Source: an uncultured Bacteroidales bacterium
GTDB taxonomy: Bacteria > Bacteroidota > Bacteroidia > Bacteroidales > UBA1402
DNA length: 64,000 nt
Assembly (NCBI GenBank): GCA_964472175.1
Contig: CAYYJF010000002.1
Coordinates: 13,904-77,903 of the forward strand
Direction of reading: 5' to 3'
Shown here: one piece after another, positions 1 through 13,145 of the stretch
Position numbering within the stretch: position 1 is the first letter of the stretch
Layout: each line of letters begins with the position of its first letter
Notes under the pieces: model-generated
The model's database searches: none
Told to the model about the DNA's origin: nothing
Seen by the model: only the letters and a program-made list of their open reading frames with translations
Position numbers and translations under genes: made by a program

Positions 1-1433
1 TTGACCATAAAGTCTAATTTGGGACCGTAAAAAGCGGCTTCTCCAAGTACGACTTTGGCTTGGAGCCCTTTTTCCTGGCAGGCCTCAACGATGGCACGTT
101 CTGATTTTTCCCAGTTATCATCGCTCCCAATGTATTTTTCTTTGTTATTGGGGTCTCTCAATGAAATTTGAGCTTCAAAATTTTTAAAGTCTAATGCATT
201 GAAAATGATGAAAATGATATCCATCACTTTTAAGAATTCTTCTTTCAGTTGATCGGGTCTGCAAAAAATGTGTGCATCGTCCTGTGTGAAACTTCTAACA
301 CGGGTCAATCCATGAAGTTCACCGCTTTGTTCGTATCTGTACACCGTTCCAAATTCTGCAAAACGCAATGGAAGGTCTTTGTATGAACGGGGTAGGAATT
401 TGAATATTTCGCAATGATGTGGGCAATTCATTGGCTTGAGCAGGTATTCTTCACCTTCTTCCGGCGTGTGAATTGGTTGGAAGGAGTCTTTGCCGTATTT
501 TGCGTAATGACCTGAAGTAATCCATAGTTCTTTTTGGCCGATATGAGGGGTCATGACTTGCTGGTATCCGAATTTCTTTTGAATTCTTTTCAGAAAATCT
601 TCCAATTTCAATCTCAAAGCTGTGCCTCTGGGTAACCATATGGGCAGACCTTTACCAACAGCTTCGCTGAACATGAACAATTCGAGTTCGCGGCCAATTT
701 TACGATGGTCTCTTTTTTTGGCTTCTTCCAATATGACCAAATACTCTTCAAGCAATTTCTTTTTAGGGAAGGTGACGCCGTATATACGTGTAAGCTGTTT
801 GCGCTTTTCATCGCCTCTCCAATAAGCTCCGGCTACTGAAAGTAGCTTGATGGCTTTAATGGGCTCGGTGTCTGTTAAGTGCGGGCCTTTACAAAGGTCG
901 GTAAAGCTTCCTTGTGTGTAGGTGGTGATGCTGCCATCTTCCAATTCGGAAATCAATTCACATTTGTACAATTCGGTTTTTTTACCAAAAAACTCCAAGG
1001 CATCATTTTTGCTGATTTCTCGTCGCACGATGGATCGTTTCAAAGCTGCGATTTCATACATTTTTGTCTCAATTTCAGCCAAATCGGATTCTTTGATGAT
1101 GGTTTCTCCGGGATCAACATCATAATAAAAGCCGTTTTCAATGGCTGGTCCGATTCCGAATTTGATGCCAGGATACAATTCTTGAAGTGCTTCGGCCATT
1201 AAATGCGCTGAAGAATGCCAAAAAGCATGTTTGCCTTCAGGGTCTTCCCACTTTAAGAGTCGAATTTCTCCATCCTCTAAAATGGGACGGTTTAATTCTA
1301 TGGTATGGTTGTTGAACGAGGCTGCAAGACATTCTTGTGCCAACCTTTGACTGATGCCTTCAGCAATATGTTGTGCCGTGGTACCGCGGTTAAAAGATTT
1401 TACCGTGCCATCGGGAAACGTCAATTTGATCAT
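1..1433 (-). CDS. thrS: Threonine--tRNA ligase, N-terminal ~477 aa (3' end runs off the window)
   Basis: Absent from the ORF track because it is open at the window edge. My minus-strand translation from the ATG at 1433 reads [34 protein letters not shown]...[38 protein letters not shown]. That is a TGS domain followed by the ThrRS second-additional-domain HxxxH motif, then class II core sequence ([13 protein letters not shown]). Confidence 0.9.
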   Translation of the reverse strand, partial: MIKLTFPDGTVKSFNRGTTAQHIAEGISQRLAQECLAASFNNHTIELNRPILEDGEIRLLKWEDPEGKHAFWHSSAHLMAEALQELYPGIKFGIGPAIENGFYYDVDPGETIIKESDLAEIETKMYEIAALKRSIVRREISKNDALEFFGKKTELYKCELISELEDGSITTYTQGSFTDLCKGPHLTDTEPIKAIKLLSVAGAYWRGDEKRKQLTRIYGVTFPKKKLLEEYLVILEEAKKRDHRKIGRELELFMFSEAVGKGLPIWLPRGTALRLKLEDFLKRIQKKFGYQQVMTPHIGQKELWITSGHYAKYGKDSFQPIHTPEEGEEYLLKPMNCPHHCEIFKFLPRSYKDLPLRFAEFGTVYRYEQSGELHGLTRVRSFTQDDAHIFCRPDQLKEEFLKVMDIIFIIFNALDFKNFEAQISLRDPNNKEKYIGSDDNWEKSERAIVEACQEKGLQAKVVLGEAAFYGPKLDFMV

Positions 1434-1466
1434 TGTATTTTTTTTCTTAGGTATAACAATACGATG

Positions 1467-1474
1467 CAAAATTA
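1467..1474 (-). promoter_or_regulatory. Candidate -7 promoter box for thrS
   Basis: Minus strand reads TAATTTTG, matching the Bacteroidota sigma-A -7 consensus TAnnTTTG. It lies 34 nt upstream of the thrS ATG, and its TAA is the mfd stop codon. Confidence 0.35.
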
Positions 1475-4400
1475 CTGCATTAATTTTAGTTGAACAAGCG
1501 CGTTTTCTATGTTTTCTATTTTTTCAATTTGCAGGGACCTTTTTGAGTTGATTTCGCGTAGTCTGCTTGTATGTATTTGGTTTTGTGCATATTGTAGAAT
1601 CTTGTCAAATACGTCCGATTGATAATAGGAAGCGTTTTTCTGACTGACGAAATAACAGGTCATCCGGCCGTTCCTGAGTTGAATCTTTTCCATCCCCAAT
1701 GTTTTGGCTATGCAACGCAGCCGAACGGTGTCGATTAGATCCAAACCGACTTTGGGAATTGGGCCAAAGCGGTCTGTGAGTCTTTGTATGAATGCCTGAA
1801 TGCCCTGTTCTTCTTCCAGGTTGTCCATTTCCCGATAAAGCATCATTCTTTCAGAGGAGCCAGGGACATAGGACTCAGGAAAATACATTTCTAGATCGGA
1901 TTCTATCAAACAGTCGGTTACATACATGACTTGCCCTTTTCTGTCTTTGGACAGGGGTTCATCAGCAAACAGATCGGCAAATTCTTCACTTTTGAGTTCT
2001 TGTACGGCTTCGTTTAATATTTTCTGATAGGTTTCATATCCCAAATCTGCGATAAATCCACTTTGTTCTGCGCCAAGCATGTTTCCAGCACCTCTGATGT
2101 CCAGATCTTGCATGGAGATATTGAAGCCGCTGCCCAATTCTGCAAAATTTTCTATGGCTTGAAGCCTCCGTCTGGCATCAGCTGTTAATGTTTGAAGTGG
2201 GGGAGCGACCAGATAACAAAAGGCTTTCTTGTTGCTTCTGCCTACTCTGCCCCTCAGCTGATGCAAATCACTCAAGCCGAATTGATGCGCATTGTTGATA
2301 AAAATGGTATTTGCATTTGGAATATCAATGCCGGATTCAACAATGGTGGTGCAAATGAGGACATCGTACACTTCGTCCATGAATTCCATGATGATTTTTT
2401 CCAGTTTTTCTCCTTCCATTTGCCCATGTGCGATCACGGTTCGGGCTTCAGGAACGCATCTTTTTATAAGGCGTTCTATTTCAGGAAGTTGTTGTACTCT
2501 GTTGTTGATGAAAAAGACCTGTCCGTTTCTGCCCAATTCAAATTCGATGGCTTCTTTGATGAGCTCTTCTGATAAAACAGCCACTTCTGTCTGAACAGGG
2601 TATCTATTGGGGGGTGGGGTTGATATGATGCTTAAATCTCTGGCTCCCATCAAAGAAAACTGAAGGGTTCGTGGGATAGGAGTTGCCGTCATTGTCAGGG
2701 TATCAATGTTGACTTTCAGGCTTTTAAGCTTTTCTTTGACGGAAACACCGAATTTTTGCTCTTCATCAATAATAAGTAAGCCCAAATCCTTAAATCCGAT
2801 GCTCTTGCCAATGAGTTTGTGTGTTCCAATGATGATGTCAATTTTTCCATCCTTCAATGCTTTCACAACCTGTTGTGCATCAGTAGTTTTTCTGGTTCTA
2901 CTTAGATAGTCAACCTTACAAGGGAATTCTTTCAATCTGTTGCTGAATGTTTTATAATGTTGCAGCGCAAGTACGGTGGTTGGAACCAAAACGGCAACTT
3001 GTTTTCCGTCGGTGACAGCTTTGAATGCGGCTCTTATGGCTACTTCTGTTTTTCCAAAACCAACATCTCCACAAATTAAACGATCCATGGGTTTGCTGCT
3101 TTCCATGTCATTTTTTAAGTCGTTTGTCGCTTTAAATTGATCCGGAGTGTCTTCATATACGAAAGATGCTTCCAATTCTTGTTGAAGATAACTGTCGGGA
3201 CTAAATTGAAATCCTTCTTCCTGCTTACGCTGAGCATACAGTTTGATGAGGTCTCTGGCAATGTCTTTGACCTTTTTCTTCGTTTTTTCTTTGATGTTGC
3301 TCCAGGCAGCTCCACCAAGTTTGTGTATGGTTGGTGCAGTTCCTTCTTTGCCTTTGTATTTGGAAATTCTGTGTAAATTGTGGATGCTTACAAAAATGGT
3401 ATCGTCGTCTTTATATACAATTTTGATGACTTCCTGCATTTTTCCATTCAATTCTGTGCGAAACAATCCGGCAAACCGGCCAACGCCGTGATCGATATGC
3501 ACAACATAGTCTCCAAATTGAAATTGGACGATTTCTTTGAGCGAAAGTGCGAGTTTGCCATTTCGGGTTTTGTCCGATTTTAAATTGTATTTGTGATAAC
3601 GTTCAAATATTTGGTGATCGGTAAAACAAGCGATTTTCAGATGGTTGTCTATGAAACCTTCATGGAGTGTTTTTAAAATGGGTGTGAATGAGATGGGGTC
3701 ACCTCTGTCTTCAAAAATGGTTTTCAACCTTTCCACTTGTTTCTCACTATCGCTTAAAACACAGAGTTGATAGTTGTTGTCCAAATATTTTTGAAAACTT
3801 TGACTTACAAATTCAAAATTCTTTCCAAAAACATCTTGTGGCGAAGTGTCAAACGTGATTTTAACCGATTTGTTTCCCACCGACTTTCTTCCAAATTCAA
3901 CCCATCTGAAATGTGAGGTCTCTTCGATGAATGCTTCAGGGGTCATGAGCTTGTCCGGTGATTTATCTCCGGTGTCTTCCAGTAAGATGTTGATTTTTCC
4001 GATGGTGTATTCGAAATCCGAGAAACAGAGCAGGTCTTCGGGTTTTAAATAGTTGAAAAGAAAGCACAAATCGTTGTTTTGGTTTTCAGAAAAGGGCACG
4101 ATTTTAATTTCTTCATAGTTTTCGACGGACAATTGGCTTTCAATGTTGAATGTTCTGATGCTCTCAACTTCATCGCCAAAAAAATCTATTCTGAATGGGA
4201 GTTCGTGGCTCCATGAATAGACATCAATCAAACTGCCGCGTGTTGCAAATTGACCGGGTTCATACACATAGTCTACCCTTTCAAATCCATATTCTTGCAG
4301 CAATTCAATGACAAAGGCATTGTCAAGCAGTTCTCCTTTATGGATGGCGATGGTTTTGGTTTTTAATTCATCCGGGCTGACGACTTTTTCAAGTAGTGCA

Positions 4401-4774
4401 TCCGGATAGGTGACAACCACACAGGGGGTGTCTTGCCTTAAGGCTTGTAATGCTTCCGTTCTAAGAATGGTGTTCCCTGCATCGTTCCTGCCCAATCTGA
4501 TAGATCTTTTGAAGCTGGAAGGATAAAAATTGACTGTTTGTTCTCCCAATAATTGTACCAAATCGTGGTAAAGGTAGCCGGCAGTTTCCAAATCGTCCTG
4601 AATGATGACCATGTTTTTGCTGTCCGAATGGAACAGCGAAGCCAAAACCAAACTTGCGGAAGATCCGCAAAGTCCGTATAAATGAAGGTTTTCATTTGGT
4701 TTTGACATCAAAGACCTGACCACATTTAATTGTGGACAACGGTCATAGAGTTCGCGTAATTGTATGAGTTCCAA
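1472..4774 (-). CDS. mfd: Transcription-repair coupling factor Mfd
   Basis: 1100-aa ORF. Carries the CarD/TRCF domain ([20 protein letters not shown]), helicase motif I ([12 protein letters not shown]), DEEQKFG and a TRG-like C-terminus. The start codon is TTG at 4774. Confidence 0.95.
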   Translation of the reverse strand: MELIQLRELYDRCPQLNVVRSLMSKPNENLHLYGLCGSSASLVLASLFHSDSKNMVIIQDDLETAGYLYHDLVQLLGEQTVNFYPSSFKRSIRLGRNDAGNTILRTEALQALRQDTPCVVVTYPDALLEKVVSPDELKTKTIAIHKGELLDNAFVIELLQEYGFERVDYVYEPGQFATRGSLIDVYSWSHELPFRIDFFGDEVESIRTFNIESQLSVENYEEIKIVPFSENQNNDLCFLFNYLKPEDLLCFSDFEYTIGKINILLEDTGDKSPDKLMTPEAFIEETSHFRWVEFGRKSVGNKSVKITFDTSPQDVFGKNFEFVSQSFQKYLDNNYQLCVLSDSEKQVERLKTIFEDRGDPISFTPILKTLHEGFIDNHLKIACFTDHQIFERYHKYNLKSDKTRNGKLALSLKEIVQFQFGDYVVHIDHGVGRFAGLFRTELNGKMQEVIKIVYKDDDTIFVSIHNLHRISKYKGKEGTAPTIHKLGGAAWSNIKEKTKKKVKDIARDLIKLYAQRKQEEGFQFSPDSYLQQELEASFVYEDTPDQFKATNDLKNDMESSKPMDRLICGDVGFGKTEVAIRAAFKAVTDGKQVAVLVPTTVLALQHYKTFSNRLKEFPCKVDYLSRTRKTTDAQQVVKALKDGKIDIIIGTHKLIGKSIGFKDLGLLIIDEEQKFGVSVKEKLKSLKVNIDTLTMTATPIPRTLQFSLMGARDLSIISTPPPNRYPVQTEVAVLSEELIKEAIEFELGRNGQVFFINNRVQQLPEIERLIKRCVPEARTVIAHGQMEGEKLEKIIMEFMDEVYDVLICTTIVESGIDIPNANTIFINNAHQFGLSDLHQLRGRVGRSNKKAFCYLVAPPLQTLTADARRRLQAIENFAELGSGFNISMQDLDIRGAGNMLGAEQSGFIADLGYETYQKILNEAVQELKSEEFADLFADEPLSKDRKGQVMYVTDCLIESDLEMYFPESYVPGSSERMMLYREMDNLEEEQGIQAFIQRLTDRFGPIPKVGLDLIDTVRLRCIAKTLGMEKIQLRNGRMTCYFVSQKNASYYQSDVFDKILQYAQNQIHTSRLREINSKRSLQIEKIENIENALVQLKLMQ

Positions 4775-4808
4775 ATGCTCTATTCCTATTAAGATGTATA
4801 AAATTTAG

Positions 4809-4816
4809 CAAAAATA
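4809..4816 (-). promoter_or_regulatory. Candidate -7 promoter box for mfd
   Basis: Minus strand reads TATTTTTG (TAnnTTTG), 35 nt upstream of the mfd TTG start, in a divergent intergenic region. Confidence 0.35.
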
Positions 4817-4861
4817 TGAAATATCTTTGGGCGTGCATTCCTGAGGGTCAAAATAATCCCG

Positions 4862-4869
4862 TATCTTTG
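4862..4869 (+). promoter_or_regulatory. Candidate -7 promoter box for the GT2/pyrC operon
   Basis: TATCTTTG lies 28 nt upstream of the ATG at 4897. A second identical TATCTTTGG copy sits at 4822-4830. Confidence 0.4.
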
Positions 4870-4896
4870 GATTTTTAATTCCCAAATCATTTCAAA

Positions 4897-5646
4897 ATGA
4901 CCTCTGATTCTATTGTTATTATTCCCACTTACAATGAAATTGAAAACATTGAATTGATTGTTAAAGCTGTTTTTAATTTACCCAAAGCTTTTGATGTATT
5001 GATCGTGGATGATGGTTCACCTGATGGTACTGGAGCAAAGGTGAAAGCCATGATGGCCGAGTATCCGGATGCATTGTTTATGATTGAAAGAAGTGGAAAA
5101 CAAGGTTTGGGTACAGCCTATTTGGTTGCATTTGATTGGGCTTTGAAAAACGGGTATGAATATATGATAGAAATGGATGCCGATTTCTCTCATAACCCCA
5201 AAGATCTGATTCCTTTGCAACGTGCATGTGCACAACAGGGAGCGGATTTGGCCATTGGATCCAGGTATGTAGACAATGTAGTCAATGTAGTCAATTGGCC
5301 GATTGGTCGTGTGCTGATGTCTTATTTCGCCTCTATCTATGTGCGTTTGGTGACAGGAATGAAAATTTTCGATACCACTGCCGGTTTTAAATGTTACAGA
5401 AGACAGGTGCTTCAGACGCTTGAATTGGATAAGATTCGTTTCAAGGGATATGCATTTCAAATAGAAATGAAATTTACGGCTTGGAAGTGTGGCTTTACGA
5501 TCAAAGAAGTGCCAATCATATTTACAAACAGAGAATTGGGAATTTCAAAAATGAACGGAGGTATTTTTAATGAAGCCGTTTTCGGTGTCATTAAAATGAC
5601 TTGGAGGAGCTATTTTAGAAAGTTTCCCCAAAAGAGTGCTTTATGA
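4897..5646 (+). CDS. Polyprenol/dolichyl-phosphate mannosyltransferase-like GT2 glycosyltransferase
   Basis: 249 aa. Motifs: IVIIPTYNEIENI, LIVDDGSPDGT, EMDADFSHNP and GSRY...NWP, which are typical of the DPM1/Ppm1 family. Confidence 0.85.
   Translation: MTSDSIVIIPTYNEIENIELIVKAVFNLPKAFDVLIVDDGSPDGTGAKVKAMMAEYPDALFMIERSGKQGLGTAYLVAFDWALKNGYEYMIEMDADFSHNPKDLIPLQRACAQQGADLAIGSRYVDNVVNVVNWPIGRVLMSYFASIYVRLVTGMKIFDTTAGFKCYRRQVLQTLELDKIRFKGYAFQIEMKFTAWKCGFTIKEVPIIFTNRELGISKMNGGIFNEAVFGVIKMTWRSYFRKFPQKSAL
5269..5295 (+). repeat. In-frame 9-bp tandem repeat, 3 units (GTAGACAAT GTAGTCAAT GTAGTCAAT)
   Basis: Read directly from the sequence. Encodes VDN-VVN-VVN immediately before the conserved NWP motif of the GT2 enzyme. 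Confidence 0.9.
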
Positions 5647-6986
5647 GAAATGTATTGATTCATCAGGCTTCAATTGTGAACGATGGTTGCATTTTTGAGG
5701 GTTCTGTTCTAATTGAAAAGGATTGTATTAAAACAATTTATAAGGAATCTGTTCCTGAAGATGTCATTCAGAATTCATCCATCATCGAGGCAAAAGGTAT
5801 GTTTTTGTTTCCCGGTATCATTGATGTGCATGTGCATTTCAGAGAACCTGGTCTGACCCAAAAAGGTGGTTTCGTTTCTGAATCGGCTGCAGCCGTGGCC
5901 GGTGGTGTAACTTCCTATTTAGAAATGCCCAACACCAAACCGCTTACCACCACTTTAGAGGCCTGGAATGAAAAGAAAGACCTGGCTGCTGAAAAATCTT
6001 TGGCAAATTTTGGCTTTTTTTTGGGTGCCACCAATTCCAATCTGGATGTATTGCTCAAGGCCGATTATTCGTCCGTTTGTGGGGTGAAGGTGTTTATGGG
6101 ATCTTCGACTGGGAATATGCTGGTCAATGAACTTCAGACTTTGGAAGAGATTTTTAAATCAGTTTCCGGTGTTGTGGCAGTGCATGCTGAATCGGAAGCT
6201 GTGATTCAAATGAATAAAGCCCGCTATATAGAGCTATATGGCGATCAATTACCGACCAAATTCCATCCGTTGATACGAACCAGTCAAGCATGCTATGAGA
6301 GTTCTGCTTTGGCGGTGGAAATGGCGCATAAATTCAATACAAGATTGCATCTGGCGCATCTATCGACCAAAGAGGAGTTGACTTTGCTGGAGGATTTACC
6401 CTTGAACGAAAAACGCATCACTTCAGAAGTCTGTATACCGCATTTGTGGTTTGATGATGGAGACTATGAGCGTTTGGGTAATTATATCAAATGCAATCCG
6501 GCCATTAAATCGAGTTCCGATCGAATGGCATTACAGGATGCTTTAAATACCAATTTGTTGGATGTGGTTGCAACAGATCATGCTCCTCATACACAGGAAG
6601 ATAAAATTGGTAATTGTTTGGTCGCTGCTTCTGGCATACCAAGCATTCAATTTTCATTGCTGGCTATGCTGGAATTTTATCACCGCAAACAAATCTCTTT
6701 GGAAACCATTGTCCAAAAAATGTGTCATGCACCTTCTACGGTTTATCGTATGGAAAAAAGGGGATATATCAAAGAGGGATTTTTTGCCGATTTGGTTTTG
6801 ATACATCTTGAAAGTCCCTGGGTTTTGGACAAGAATTCGATATTTTCTTCATGCGCATGGTCTCCTTTTGAAGGCGAACAATTCAAATCAAAGATTCTAA
6901 AAACCTTTGTGAATGGATCTTTGGTGTATGATGAGGGCATTATCCTTTCGGATCAAAAAGGTAAAGCCATTCGGTTTTCCAACTAA
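5643..6986 (+). CDS. pyrC: Dihydroorotase (amidohydrolase superfamily)
   Basis: 447 aa. Motifs: GIIDVHVHFREPG, EMPNTKP and ATDHAPHTQEDK. An ATGA start/stop overlap with the upstream GT2 gene is present. Confidence 0.85.
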   Translation: MRNVLIHQASIVNDGCIFEGSVLIEKDCIKTIYKESVPEDVIQNSSIIEAKGMFLFPGIIDVHVHFREPGLTQKGGFVSESAAAVAGGVTSYLEMPNTKPLTTTLEAWNEKKDLAAEKSLANFGFFLGATNSNLDVLLKADYSSVCGVKVFMGSSTGNMLVNELQTLEEIFKSVSGVVAVHAESEAVIQMNKARYIELYGDQLPTKFHPLIRTSQACYESSALAVEMAHKFNTRLHLAHLSTKEELTLLEDLPLNEKRITSEVCIPHLWFDDGDYERLGNYIKCNPAIKSSSDRMALQDALNTNLLDVVATDHAPHTQEDKIGNCLVAASGIPSIQFSLLAMLEFYHRKQISLETIVQKMCHAPSTVYRMEKRGYIKEGFFADLVLIHLESPWVLDKNSIFSSCAWSPFEGEQFKSKILKTFVNGSLVYDEGIILSDQKGKAIRFSN

Positions 6987-7004
6987 ACAGCTTTCTCAAT
7001 TATT

Positions 7005-9512
7005 TTATGGATTGATTTCCAGATTCTGGACGTCCCCTGGCTCCAATTGAAGTTCTTCAATGTTGTTGTCCATGTCTGCTTCTTGGATATCAATGGCATT
7101 GATGGCTTCTGCGTTTATATCGACGCTGTCGATTGCTGTTGAGTCTACTGTTGGTGTCCAGGCTGTTTGACAGGAGTAGGGGAGCAATATTTCCTCTTTG
7201 GGTTTTGGGAAACGTCCTCTATATCTGTTTAAGGATGGATCGGCCAGGACTTTTTCCATGAAATATCCAAAAATAGGCATGGCTGTTTTGCTTCCTTCAC
7301 CGTAGGCTCCAGTTCTGAAATGAACGCTTCGATGTTCGCCGCCAACCCATGCGCCACCAACCAATTTTGGTGATACACCCACAAACCAAGCATCAGAGTG
7401 ATTGGATGAAGTGCCGGTTTTGCCACCAAAGTCAGTATTGTACTTATGGATGTCATACCCCCACAAATTCATGACCGTTGCCATGGGTTCAGTCAAACCG
7501 GCTCTCAACATTTGGGTCATTAAAAATGCAGATTGATAGGGGATAGCCCTTGTCTCTTTTCGCTTATGTTCAAAAATGACTTTGCCGTTTTTGTCTTCAA
7601 TTCTGGTCACCATGACAGGATCGTGGGTGATGCCATCATTGACGACGGTACAATAGGCATTGACAAGCTCTAAAAGACAAACGTCAGAAGAACCAAGTGA
7701 AACCGAAGGAATTTCATGCAGGGGTGTTTTAATGCCCATGGCAGCTGCGGTTTTGACGATGTCATGAATGCCTACTTCTTTGGCCAATGATACTGCGATG
7801 GAATTGATGGAACGCGCAAACGCCGCTTTTAACGTCAGGTTTTGTCCTGTATATACGCCATTGGCATTTCTGGGTATCCAAACCTTTGGTTCGCCTTTTT
7901 CCATCACATCCCAGGTAATGTATTGGTCTGTCCTGTAATCACAGGGGCCCATGCCTTTGTTCATGGCTTCCGTGTACACAAACAGTTTGAATGTGGATCC
8001 GGGTTGTCTTTTGGACAATACTTTATCGTATTTCCAGAAATTAAAATTGATATCACCAACCCATGCTTTCACATATCCTGTTTCGGGTTCAAGCGCCACA
8101 AATCCGCAATGCATAAACCGTTGCATCCTTCTGATGGAATCCATGGTGCTGATCACAATGGTTTTTTTGCCTTCTTTGTGGTCATAAATGGTTACCGGAT
8201 GAGGCAATTCCAAATAATATTGTACGGAATCGGGGTCGTCAGGATATTTTGATTGAAGCATTTTATAGACATCGGTTTTTTTAACCAATTCTTCAATAAA
8301 TCCGGGTATTTCTACATTTTGTTTGTCTCTCCATGGATTTTGTTTTCCCCAATGTGATTCAAAATTGCTTTGAATAATGCGCATTTGTTTTTCAACTGCT
8401 TCTTCGGCATATTGCTGCATTTTTGTATCAATCGTGGTGTAAATCTTCAAACCGTCAGAGTACAAATCAATGTCATTTTCTTTGCACCATTCTTCAAGAT
8501 GTGCAGCAACGGCTTCTCTGAAGTAGAGTGCATTTCCATCATAATTGCGTTCAAGTTTGTATTGCAATCGGATGGGGATGTTTTTCAACGAATCCAGTTC
8601 TTTTTTTGAAATAATGCCTTGTTTCATCAAATTTTCCAAGACCACATTTCTTCTTCTTAAGCTGTTTTTGGGATTGATTCTTGGATTGTAAGTGGTGGTG
8701 GCTTTCAAAAGTCCTACCAAAGTGGCTGATTGTTCAATCGTTAATGTTGAAGGAGTATTGTTGAAGTACGTTTTACATGCCGTCTTGATTCCGTATGCAT
8801 TGCTGCCAAAATCTACGGTGTTCAAATACATGGTCAGAATTTCTTCTTTGGAGTAGAACATTTCGATTTTTATGGCCGTAATCCATTCTTTGGATTTCAT
8901 GATAATCATGCTCACACCGGGAATTCTTCCAATCAAGCCTTTAGAGTATTGACTACGGGTTTTGAACATGTTCTTCACCAGTTGTTGCGAGATGGTACTG
9001 GCACCTCTTGCACCTGCACCACTTGCCATATCTTTGGCTGCTGCGAAAATACCCTGAATGTCAATCCCGAAGTGTTGATAAAACCGTTCATCCTCAGTAG
9101 CGATCAATGTTTTGATCAATAATGGGCTGATTTCATTGTAGGTAACTGGTATTCTATTTTCCTTGAAGAATTTCCCAATGAGTTTACCATCTTCGCTGTA
9201 GATTTCGGATGCGACACTTTGTTGTGGTGTTCGTATACTCAATAGTCCCGGCGATTTTCCGAACAGCCACAAAAAGTTGATATCTACGCAAAATAAGTAG
9301 ATTGAAAAAAACAGGGCAAAATCAACCATCAGGATGCCCATCTTTTTTTGAAAGTTAGACCTTTTCCATGTTGACCTGTGCTGATGACACAAATCTTTTA
9401 TAAAAACGCCTAAACCGATTAAAATCAACTTTATCCTTTTAATGAAAGAATGAATCGTTGAATTCTGTTTTATTCTTGCTGATTTTAAAGGAGAAGGCTT
9501 CATAGGTGTCAA
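7005..9512 (-). CDS. mrcA: Penicillin-binding protein 1A (bifunctional transglycosylase/transpeptidase)
   Basis: 835 aa. GT51 motif ATEDERFYQHFGID; transpeptidase motifs GSTFK, SINS and KTGTS; N-terminal TM helix. The true start could be the internal ATG near 9341 (MGILMVDF...). Confidence 0.9.
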   Translation of the reverse strand: MTPMKPSPLKSARIKQNSTIHSFIKRIKLILIGLGVFIKDLCHQHRSTWKRSNFQKKMGILMVDFALFFSIYLFCVDINFLWLFGKSPGLLSIRTPQQSVASEIYSEDGKLIGKFFKENRIPVTYNEISPLLIKTLIATEDERFYQHFGIDIQGIFAAAKDMASGAGARGASTISQQLVKNMFKTRSQYSKGLIGRIPGVSMIIMKSKEWITAIKIEMFYSKEEILTMYLNTVDFGSNAYGIKTACKTYFNNTPSTLTIEQSATLVGLLKATTTYNPRINPKNSLRRRNVVLENLMKQGIISKKELDSLKNIPIRLQYKLERNYDGNALYFREAVAAHLEEWCKENDIDLYSDGLKIYTTIDTKMQQYAEEAVEKQMRIIQSNFESHWGKQNPWRDKQNVEIPGFIEELVKKTDVYKMLQSKYPDDPDSVQYYLELPHPVTIYDHKEGKKTIVISTMDSIRRMQRFMHCGFVALEPETGYVKAWVGDINFNFWKYDKVLSKRQPGSTFKLFVYTEAMNKGMGPCDYRTDQYITWDVMEKGEPKVWIPRNANGVYTGQNLTLKAAFARSINSIAVSLAKEVGIHDIVKTAAAMGIKTPLHEIPSVSLGSSDVCLLELVNAYCTVVNDGITHDPVMVTRIEDKNGKVIFEHKRKETRAIPYQSAFLMTQMLRAGLTEPMATVMNLWGYDIHKYNTDFGGKTGTSSNHSDAWFVGVSPKLVGGAWVGGEHRSVHFRTGAYGEGSKTAMPIFGYFMEKVLADPSLNRYRGRFPKPKEEILLPYSCQTAWTPTVDSTAIDSVDINAEAINAIDIQEADMDNNIEELQLEPGDVQNLEINP

Positions 9513-9521
9513 ACTGAAGGA

Positions 9522-11405
9522 CTATTTTCTGTTTTTTTGTTTTTCTTTCAACATGCGCTGTTGTTCTTTTTGCGCTTGCTCTAATCGCGCCTGAAAACCA
9601 GATTTCTTAATCGGTTTCTTTTTGTTTTCGTTCATTTGAGCCAATAGTTTTTCCTCGTTGGTAAACCATCTGAAAGCGTATGTCTGCAAAATGGAGATGA
9701 GCGTGGATACGAAGAAATAGAGGCTTAATCCGGCAGAGTATTGATTGAAAATAAACAAAAACATGACAGGCATTAAATAGGACATGGTTTTCATACCCGG
9801 CATCGCAGAGGATGTGGGTTGATTTTTCATGTTTAAGTGGGTATAAAGTAAGTTTGTAATGGTCATAAGCAGACAAAACAAACTGACGTGATTTCCGAAG
9901 TATTTGGTGACCAATGGAATGTTTCCTGACCATTGGACCAAAACGTCATAGGTGGATAAGTCGTCAGCCCATAAAAAACTTTCGTGTCTCAATTCAATGG
10001 AAGATGGGAAAAATGAGAACATGGCAAACAGTACCGGCATTTGGAGCAAAATGGGCAAACAACCGCCCATTGGACTTACACCAACACGTTTGTATAATTC
10101 CATGGTGGCTTGTGAACGCTCTGCAGCCTTTTCATTGCCAACGTATTTTGCGTTAATCTCCTGGATTTGGGGTTGTAAAACCCGCATTTGGGCAGAAGAT
10201 TTATTGGATTTCCAGGTGAAGGGGAAAATGAGAATCTTTATGACTAAGGTCAAAAGTAAAATGATGATACCATAGTTGCTGATGAATTTCCCAAAGAAAT
10301 TAAACAAGGGTAGAATGATGCCGGTATTCACCCAGCGAAACAAACTGCCACCCAGAGGTACAATTTTCTGAAAGTCAGGTTTGTATTCTGAGGACAGCTC
10401 CTTGTTGTAATTCTTTAAAAGCGCATATTTGATTGGTCCGAAAAAGAAGGATATTTCGGCTTCTTGTTTGCCTTTCAAATCAAAAGGAAGTGCAGATTTT
10501 TGCGCATAAGTCTTTAAATATCCGGATTCTTCAGGTTCGGGGTTGGAAGAAAGTTCATTGGATGAGAAACCATCTTTGCTCAAAGCAATACTCGTGAAAA
10601 ATTGATCTTTAAAGGATACCCAATGAATTTTCATATCAATTCTTTCATCGTCTTCTTTGCTTGCGCTCAGATTTTCCACATCACCGCCAGGAAATTTGTA
10701 ATCCATTTGAGAATAACGTTCTTCAAAGGAACGTCCCTTTTCCTGTTGCTTCATTTTGACACTCCAACTGAAATCCAGGCTATTGGTGTTTGGAGGGAGC
10801 ACTTGATCCAGACCGGTACCCTTCACTTTAAAATCGACCAAATAGTCATCCGGTTTGATGGTATATATAAAATCCAGATACGTGCTTTCAGTGGTCGAAA
10901 TACGATAAATGATTTGATTTGAATCGTTGGTTTTAATACGATTGAAAATCAAGTCTGAAGTGTTGATGAGCCGGTTTTCTGCAGAAAAGAAGGACACATT
11001 GAATTGTGATTCCTTTTCGTTGAATAGAACCAAGGGCATGCTGTCTTTGTCGGCAAACTCTTTCAGACGAACAGAAGCCAGGCGTCCACCCTTGGAAGTA
11101 AAAGTCAATACCAGTTTGTCATTTTCAATAGAATCTGTCGTGATTTCTCCTTGAGTGAAATTGGCAAACAATCCATAATGAACTTTTTTTAGGGAATCTT
11201 CATTTGCGGTAGAAACAATGGAGTCCTCTTGGATTTTTTCTTCTACTGCAGCAGCTTTTTCCAATTGTTGAACCATTGCGATGGAATCCTGAATTTCTCT
11301 TGCGCGCTGGGCATCCAATTGCTCCTGTGAAGGTTTGTTGAAGATACTGAAGCCAACCAATATGGCCAAAATTAATGAAAGTCCAATGACGGTGTTTTTA
11401 TCCAT
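9522..11405 (-). CDS. yidC: Membrane protein insertase YidC (long Bacteroidota form)
   Basis: 627 aa. N-terminal TM helix, large periplasmic domain and a C-terminal 60-kDa insertase core (GGCLPILLQMPVLFAMF), with a basic C-terminal tail. Confidence 0.92.
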   Translation of the reverse strand: MDKNTVIGLSLILAILVGFSIFNKPSQEQLDAQRAREIQDSIAMVQQLEKAAAVEEKIQEDSIVSTANEDSLKKVHYGLFANFTQGEITTDSIENDKLVLTFTSKGGRLASVRLKEFADKDSMPLVLFNEKESQFNVSFFSAENRLINTSDLIFNRIKTNDSNQIIYRISTTESTYLDFIYTIKPDDYLVDFKVKGTGLDQVLPPNTNSLDFSWSVKMKQQEKGRSFEERYSQMDYKFPGGDVENLSASKEDDERIDMKIHWVSFKDQFFTSIALSKDGFSSNELSSNPEPEESGYLKTYAQKSALPFDLKGKQEAEISFFFGPIKYALLKNYNKELSSEYKPDFQKIVPLGGSLFRWVNTGIILPLFNFFGKFISNYGIIILLLTLVIKILIFPFTWKSNKSSAQMRVLQPQIQEINAKYVGNEKAAERSQATMELYKRVGVSPMGGCLPILLQMPVLFAMFSFFPSSIELRHESFLWADDLSTYDVLVQWSGNIPLVTKYFGNHVSLFCLLMTITNLLYTHLNMKNQPTSSAMPGMKTMSYLMPVMFLFIFNQYSAGLSLYFFVSTLISILQTYAFRWFTNEEKLLAQMNENKKKPIKKSGFQARLEQAQKEQQRMLKEKQKNRK

Positions 11406-11429
11406 TGTAAATATCTGGTTGAAAAAGAA

Positions 11430-13115
<1,686 letters not shown>

Positions 13116-13116
13116 T

Positions 13117-13124
13117 TACCTTTG
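13117..13124 (+). promoter_or_regulatory. Candidate -7 promoter box for the DUF3078 gene
   Basis: TACCTTTG lies 22 nt upstream of the ATG at 13146. The ORF-track TTG start at 13122 is part of this box. Confidence 0.45.
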
Positions 13125-13145
13125 CCTGAAAACATTTTGTGTTCG

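Noticed and set aside
5017-5460. 147-aa ORF antisense to the GT2 glycosyltransferase gene.
   Set aside because: It is fully embedded opposite a strongly supported CDS, has no recognisable motif and has a low-complexity composition. It is a typical antisense shadow ORF in AT-rich DNA. The same applies to 2192-2572, 7842-8252, 10602-10922, 11706-12179, 22917-23378, 37249-37596 and 63335-63643.
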